A DNA stretch of 64,000 bases, taken from NCBI GenBank assembly GCA_964016885.1, contig OZ024743.1, positions 360,840,001 through 360,904,000 of the forward strand, given 5' to 3'. Under the pieces are notes generated by a model that was given only the letters and a program-made list of their open reading frames with translations, ran no database searches and was not told the DNA's origin. The position numbers and the translations under genes were made by a program. Numbering within the stretch: position 1 is the stretch's first letter; each line of letters starts with the position of its first letter. This document shows positions 56,250-64,000 of the stretch, in pieces. The stretch is from Eledone cirrhosa. Lineage: Eukaryota.

Positions 56250-57038
56250 GTTCTCTATATGTGTTCTTGAATTCATATCTATATGTTTCTGTCCCTACTT
56301 TCGCTTCCTGTAGCTCTCTTCCATAGTCTAGCAACCACTTTGATAGTATTGATGCCATCGTAGTTACAACTGAATGCTATTGTGTTAGTTGTTTTTCTGC
56401 ACTGTAATTAATGCTAGGCTTGTGCCTTAGAGTGATAGAGAGGACTGTATTAACTGTGCATGAACTTATATATATCTATCTGTATTTTTGGCCTTATATT
56501 CGCTTCCTAGTTTCAGCTGACTGCTATTGTGGTTAGTTAGTTTTTTTTTCTGCAATGTATTTACTACTGGCCTTGTGGCTTAGGATGGAAGAGAGGCCTT
56601 TTTTTTGTTGTCGCTGTCACCGTGGCTGGCTCATCACTGTTGTTGTTGTTGTTATTTTGTTGTTGGTGTTACCGCTTGGGTAATGGGTACTGCCATTGAC
56701 TTGATACTAATATCAATGATGCCACCACTATTACGACGACCGGGGAAGGTGACGGGTGGTGCTAATGTTTGTTACCGTTACTATTGTTGTTGTTGCTATG
56801 GTCTTGGTGAAAGATGCCATCAAATCTGTGTATCACCCTGCCTCAGAGCTCTATTTATTGCGTCCACTGTCTACTGGGCTTTGGCTACACAGTTTTTTCG
56901 TTTTTTTTCGTTGATAGTACTTTACCTTAGCAAGCGTGACGGCTGCGAGACCCTTAAGGAACTCATATATCTGCTGGGCACACAAGCAATAGGACGCGTG
57001 TTTCTTCCTGCCGGCGGCATATCAAATATATCGGGTAC

Positions 57039-57120
57039 CATCTGAGGATACCGTTCTCATAACAACAAATGCATGAAGGACATCTCGATTGCATGGAGAA
57101 CCGTGGAAATAATGTTAATG
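57039..57120 (+). ncRNA. Hammerhead-like motif with damaged stem III
   Basis: CAT CTGAGGA TACCGTTCTC...GAGAACCGTG GAAA TAATGT TA ATG. Confidence 0.5.
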
Positions 57121-57245
57121 ATTAAACAATATATGTAACCTCAGCATCAAATTTTGTTATTTTTATAAAAATCGTAACTAAAAACTACGTTATTTGAGAG
57201 CTTTCTCCTACTTACTCCTGCTTTAACCAAAACAATCTCTTCTGA

Positions 57246-57286
<41 letters not shown>

Positions 57287-57288
<2 letters not shown>

Positions 57289-57646
57289 AAATAAAGTTAA
57301 ATAAAAAGTCAAATGATTAAAATTTAGCTTCGTTTATTACTGCTATATATATTTCAGTGACAGCCATCTTTGGCTGTGACCTCTTCAGGCAGTTTGAATT
57401 AGTATGGTATAGACAACAACATATGTACTTGTCTATACCATACTAATTCAAACTGCCTGAAGAGGTCACAGCCAAAGATGGCTGTCACTGAAATATATAT
57501 AGCAGTAATAAACGAAGCTAAATTTTAATCATTCGACTTTTTATTTAACTTTATTTTCCACTACTCCGGAGTAACCAAACGAACCTGCGCATTTCGTCGA
57601 GTGCTCCAGCCTGCATACTGAGATACAACCAACATAAACTCAAAAT
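57287..57646 (+). mobile_element. HHR palindrome with tail (family K); intact HHRs at 57339-57393 (-) and 57452-57506 (+)
   Basis: Arms 57287-57416 and 57429-57557, nearly identical. The tail is homologous to 29689-29770. TA flanks. Confidence 0.9.
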
Positions 57647-57696
57647 ATATATATATAATATACATAAATATATTATATATATATATTATATATATG

Positions 57697-57744
<48 letters not shown>

Positions 57745-57782
57745 TAGATATAGATAGATATATATATAAATACAATGCTGTC

Positions 57783-58398
57783 TCTCATCGCTAGAACAAC
57801 CAGTAAAAGAGCAAAATGCTGTCAAAGACAGTGATGGGTAAATATGAGTCTGGGGACAGAGCAGGGTTGCCAGTAGTCAACGGAGAGACAAATCGCACAC
57901 AAAAAATAATAATAATTGTTTCTACTTATGGCACAAGGCCAGCAATTAACCAGTACATTACAGGTACTTTATTTTATCGACCCCGTAAGGAGGAAAGGCA
58001 AAGTTGACCTCGGCGGGATTTGAACTCAAAATGGAAAGGGCCGTAACTCTATGCACCAAAGCATGACGTCCGACCCTCTACCGATACTGCCAATCCTCAA
58101 TAATAATTGTTTCTATTTTTGGCACAAGGCCAGCAATTAACCAGTACATTACTGGTACTTTATTTTATCGACCCGTAAGGATGAAAGGCAAAGTTAACCT
58201 CGGCGGGATTTGAACTCAGATCATAAAGGGACGTAACTCTATTCTTCAAAGCATAGTGTCCGACTCTCTACCGATACTGCCAATCCACCGCCCTATCCTC
58301 AATAATAATGAGCCCTGTTATCTGTCCTCAGAGGCATGTTCGACCATTGCTGTCTCTGACAGCATTTAGCTGTTTTAACTGCTATTCTAACGATGAGT
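57783..58398. mobile_element. Diverged inverted repeat split by two tandem SINEs (57905-58097 and 58099-58292, minus)
   Basis: 57783-57868 matches the reverse complement of 58312-58398. The second SINE has TSD atcctcaataataat. Confidence 0.7.
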
Positions 58399-58577
58399 CA
58401 TCTCATATTTATACGTATTCAAATACTCTCCAGCTTCATCTCGATCAAAAATAACATTGTTTTTTTTTTCATTTAAACTTATCATAGCCATGATTAGCTT
58501 TCTATTTAAGACAGACACCATAGCCTGATCCACCATTATTTTCTTTTTTTTGTTTTCATTCATGCTTCTATCTGTGC

Positions 58578-58681
<104 letters not shown>

Positions 58682-58927
58682 TTCACACACACACATATAT
58701 ATATATATATACATATATGTATATATACTCCCGCCGACACGCATATATGTATTAGTGTGTATGTATGTGTGTATATTCTATTCTTATATATTTTTATATA
58801 AATCAGACATTTCCAAAGCAATGCTACGTTTTAGTGATCTAGTCTAATTTATTTGTTTGGGAATGTAAAACTGATTATGTACACGCACCTAAAGATAAAC
58901 ACACCCTCACACATGGACAAAACACCA

Positions 58928-59053
<126 letters not shown>

Positions 59054-59109
59054 TATATATATATTATATATACATATATATATATATATTATATATATTA
59101 TATATATAT

Positions 59110-59286
<177 letters not shown>

Positions 59287-59821
59287 TAGAGAGAATCGTA
59301 TTTCGGCTATTGGAAATTAGCAAAAAACAACTTCCGAGATGTGTGACAAGCGCTCAATAGATTCTAACGAACCAGAGCTACAACATACGTTAAAAGGCCA
59401 AACACACTGAGACGATGGTTAAACCATTATCCGCACAGCCATAGAAACGACCAAGTAATTCGGGTCAAACAAATAAAAAAAATATGATTGAAAAATTTAC
59501 CCGGACCCCTGGATGAAAATCCAGCATTTGTATTTCTGTGACTCCTAAATCAAGTACTGTCCGCTTAGACAAATAATGTTAAACTTCTGGTAAGATGATT
59601 GAACAAGGAAGTCACTTTCTCAACAGGCTTTTAGTTCAAGTGCCAGGCCAAGGATTAACCGTTACCAATACCCACGTGGGGCTCGACAAAGGAGGCAACC
59701 CTTATTTTTGGCGGATGAATTCAGTATGTGTATATTATTGCAAAATTGCAAAATATCACAAAACGAATTAAGTTCTCAACAGAATGGTTGTATATATGTA
59801 TATATGTATATATATATATAG

Positions 59822-60370
59822 AGAGAGAAAATTGAGGTTGGTAATGGCACATGGAATATATAAGAGACAGAATACTTTTTTGTGAAAAAACATAATTTTA
59901 TAAGGTAAGGAAATAATAAAGGGTATAAAAAATGACCGCTTTCGATGGGTCTGCAAAAGCCATCTTTTCAAATGTTGATTAATATTAAGAAAAATTAATA
60001 ATACGAAGAGTTAAAATTTGAGACTTGAAAATTCAAGTATAAAATTCATTGTGGGATTTCATAGCAGTTTTCATCTAGGTAGCAACAACAGGTTGACTGC
60101 TGTGTCCCTTTCTGGTAGTGAATGAGAAGTTATTTAGGGTGTGGGTTATTTTATAAAGGTCAGATTTAGCAATCATCAGATTTAGCAATCATATATATAT
60201 ATATATATATATTTGAAGGCCATTTCTCTGTGTGTGGGTGTATGTATGTGTATATGTGTGTGTGTGTGTATGTGTGTGCATGTGGATGTATGTATTGTGT
60301 GTGCGTGTGTGTGTGTGTATGTATGTGGGTATCTGGATGTATGCGTATGTGTATATATATATATATATGC

Positions 60371-60401
<31 letters not shown>

Positions 60402-60514
60402 TGTGTGTATGTGTGTATATATATGTGTGGGTGTGTGTATGTTTGTATGTGTGTATGTATATATATATGTGTGTGTGTTTGTATATATATATGTGTGTGT
60501 ATGTATGTGTGGGG

Positions 60515-60546
<32 letters not shown>

Positions 60547-60617
60547 GTGTATATATATATATGTGTGTGTGTGTGTGTATGTATGTGTGTATCTGGATGT
60601 ATGTGTATGTATATATA

Positions 60618-60698
<81 letters not shown>

Positions 60699-61343
60699 AT
60701 GTGTATATATGTGTGTGTGTGTATGTGTGTATGTATATGTATGTGTGTGTGTATGTATGTGTGTATATGTATATATATGTATATATATATATGTATATGT
60801 ATATGTATGTATGTGTGGATGAAGGTATGTGTGTATATATAGGTGTAAGTGCACTAAATCCCTTTCTATCACGCTCCACTCTCCTACCCATCAGAGGAAG
60901 ATATGTGTATGCATATTGCTTCCACCCCCTCACTGACCAGCAGCTGGCCAGTTGGTGATTGCTAAATCTGACCTTTATAAAATAACCCACACCCTAAATA
61001 ACTTCTCATTCACTACCAGAAAGGGACACAGCAGTCAACCTGTTGTTGCTACCTAGATGAAAACTGCTATGAAATCCCACAATTAATTTTATACTTGAAT
61101 TTTCAAGTCTCAAATTTTAACTCTTCGTATTATTAATTTTTCTTAATATTAATCAACATTTGAAAAGATGGCTTTTGCAGACCCATCGAAACCGGTCATT
61201 TTTTATACCCTTTATTATTTCCTTACCTTATAAAATTATGTTTTTTCACAAAAAAGTATTCTGTGTCTTATATATTCCATGTGCCATTACCAACCTCAAT
61301 TTTCTCTATAACCTTCGTTTTGTGTAGAAAATTACACTTTTCA
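59822..61343 (+). mobile_element. Family T inverted pLTR pair around a microsatellite spacer; U3-A8 HHRs at 59930-59975 (-) and 61156-61201 (+)
   Basis: 59822-~60175 is the near-identical reverse complement of 60957-61308, with a short tail to about 61343. Confidence 0.85.
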
Positions 61344-61419
61344 TATATATATATATATATATATACATATATACATTAGTTTACGAATGTCAACTAATTT
61401 GTATATATGTATATTTGTA

Positions 61420-61555
<136 letters not shown>

Positions 61556-61797
61556 TACATTAGTTTACGAATGGCAACTAATTTAGGTCAACGAACTCTG
61601 GCCACCACTCACGCATTCACTCAATGTGTTAATTGGCTTGGAATTGAGAAAATGGAAATAAATTGTCACATTGATAATTAATCAGTACAGTATGCAACAT
61701 GCGTGTGCTTGGGTGATGATATTGATAGTATATTATACATTTATTTTACACATATATATATATATATGTATACACGCACACACACACACACACACAT

Positions 61798-61828
<31 letters not shown>

Positions 61829-62522
61829 GATTAACTGACAGCATAAATAGCATAAAACAATACTATTGTTACACTAATTACTGTAAAAAAAATCATAAAT
61901 GTGATAAACTCTGAACTGGAGTTGTAGAGATTGACAAGAACACTTGAGGTTATTGAATTGATACTAATGCGTACAGGTAATAATTAATTGCAGAAGATTA
62001 ACACTACACGCAAAAGAAGAAGAAAAGATATGCCAGTTGAGCCGCGAGGAAAATAAGATTGAGAAACGCTGAAAAATAAAATGATGTAGTGAAAAGTAAA
62101 TCAAGATAATTAATGATAATTGTAGTTGAGAGTGCATAGTTGTTATTTTATAGGATAGGCAGTCGCCGTTTTTTATTAACATGGGATATAATGTTACTTT
62201 GAGACATGTCAAAGCCATCGAATAAAGCATTTGGTATAAGATAGAATAACAGTAGGGATATATTTAAGTAACAAAATAAGTATATGTATTCATACATAAA
62301 TAAATTTTCCTTAAAAGAAAAGTTGAAAAATCTTGAACCGAAGCATACAATGATGAATGTAATTTTAAACGGGATTAAAATGATAAACAGGAATTGAAAT
62401 AAAAATGACTCAAATGGGGATGAAATAATGAAAAGTGGGAATGTGGGCAAATCTACCCTTTCGCTAGGCCGGCTATCAGATTGCAACAGTCATTCCACTT
62501 TACAGAGTGCACTCCTCAGGTA

Positions 62523-62698
62523 GAACGCACTCACACCCTTTTTAAGCGGTAAACCTCGGCCAGGAACAGTGTCTCGAAAAGTTTTGAAAAAAGAGTATAG
62601 CAACATATGAACGTAAAAACTATGGATACATTTATCATAAATACAATCTCAGGGAGGGGAATTCACAGTGTCGTTAGAAACGGTGTGAGTATTCGTTC
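62523..62698. mobile_element. Small MITE-like inverted repeat
   Basis: gaacgcactcacaccctttttaagcg versus cgttagaaacggtgtgagtattcgttc. Confidence 0.4.
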
Positions 62699-64000
62699 CA
62701 GATCCTTGCATTCTCAGTTAAATGCCCACTGAGCGTCACCTTTTCCACTCACTAGTAAAAACGACGCAGTTGGTATTCATCTCTTACATCTTTACATATA
62801 CATCTCGGTGACTTTGAGAATAGTAATGTTATTACTCTTAATAGTAATGTTAGTACGCTTAAATTACAATATAAACGGTTCTAAGTAGAATCTAGTCTTG
62901 TTCAATATGAAGAACCAGGTATAAGACATGTGTTAACCAATAAAACATGATTTGTAGGTAAATATTGAAATAAAATCTAATAATATTAACGAGTAGACTT
63001 ATGAGATTGCATTTGCGGTTGTCAAAGCTAACTGATTTGACTAATAAGATTGGTTGAAGATGATGGCCAATACACTCGTTTCTGTTCGGTTCCCTTAAAA
63101 AAATGGATGTGTTTCAACCTAAGACGGGCAAAGTGAAACTTGGTACTATTTTCGTGATATCTATTCAGTACATAAACGAAGTCATTTCTACTATATTTGA
63201 ATTTTGTCACAGCTTACTTCTTATTGAGAAATAATCCAACGAGAGTGCCTCTAGTTTGTTGTCCGCCCCGCTATAAATAGCAGCAGTATTTCACGTAAAT
63301 GAAAACGTACCTATTTAAAAATAGAACACATTCTACTGGAACTTATTTCACAGTAAACGTGCTTGTCCAGGATCGACCCTTGCTAAACAACAAAAATTAA
63401 AAAAGTTTTTATGAAATGTAAGTGGAAACAGAGGGAATATTCTGCCATCATGGATCTAAGGCTATTTCTGTAAAGTATCTCAGACGTTGGTTTGCATCGT
63501 TTGTTGGTTTTTAACAACTACTCTATTGAGGTTTACATGATTAACCAATTATTCCCGAGATCTCAGTATAGATACCCCAAAACTATCGAACTGAATATAA
63601 TTTTCTCAAAATCTAATCACGCTTTTACTTCCAATTGGATTAAACCTCTCTATACTTAAGTCGGGTGTAATATATTTAATGTCGTGCCACCCGCCGCCTA
63701 TATTTGTCTTATTAACGGTCTCATGAAATCCTCATCTATTTCATGTTTAGTCTTTTAGAGGCCTGCGACTTTCGGTGAGTGATTGACAACCCTGAACATT
63801 GTATTCCACTTGAAGTAAATGAAGTAAATGAAAACAACCTGTGAGACAAGTCTAGAGTATTTTGGTCCAAGCATAACTTCATTCCCGATCACCGACTAAA
63901 CACACAAACCCAATATGTGCATTATTATATTTTATTACCATATATACAACCACGTTTCATACCAGAACATATTTATTGTACCTGTATAAATATATCACAT

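Overview
AT-rich, microsatellite-saturated eukaryotic DNA; I could not recognise any host protein-coding gene. The repeat content suggests an invertebrate, probably an octopod cephalopod (inference). Most long ORFs in the supplied track are translations of (TA)n/(CA)n/(GA)n runs. The real coding remnants are all retroelement fragments: at least seven Penelope-like element (PLE) pieces (RT and/or GIY-YIG), two CRE-like REL 3' ends, a Dong/R4-like cluster and two RTE-type APE fragments. Non-coding repeats include about 12 copies of one tRNA-derived SINE, two non-autonomous Helitrons and several MITE-like foldbacks. The main hidden signal is a dense population of type-I hammerhead ribozyme (HHR) motifs. 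By eye I find about 35-40 of them in about 20 unrelated sequence families. Nearly all sit in short non-coding units in or beside (TA)n tracts, arranged as self-inverted palindromes with a one-sided tail, as partial tandem repeats, or as inverted/direct pLTR pairs around PLE ORFs. Three families carry the compensated U3-A8 core, and five carry a U·U at the base of stem II. All folding and coordinates were done by eye and may be off by a few nt.
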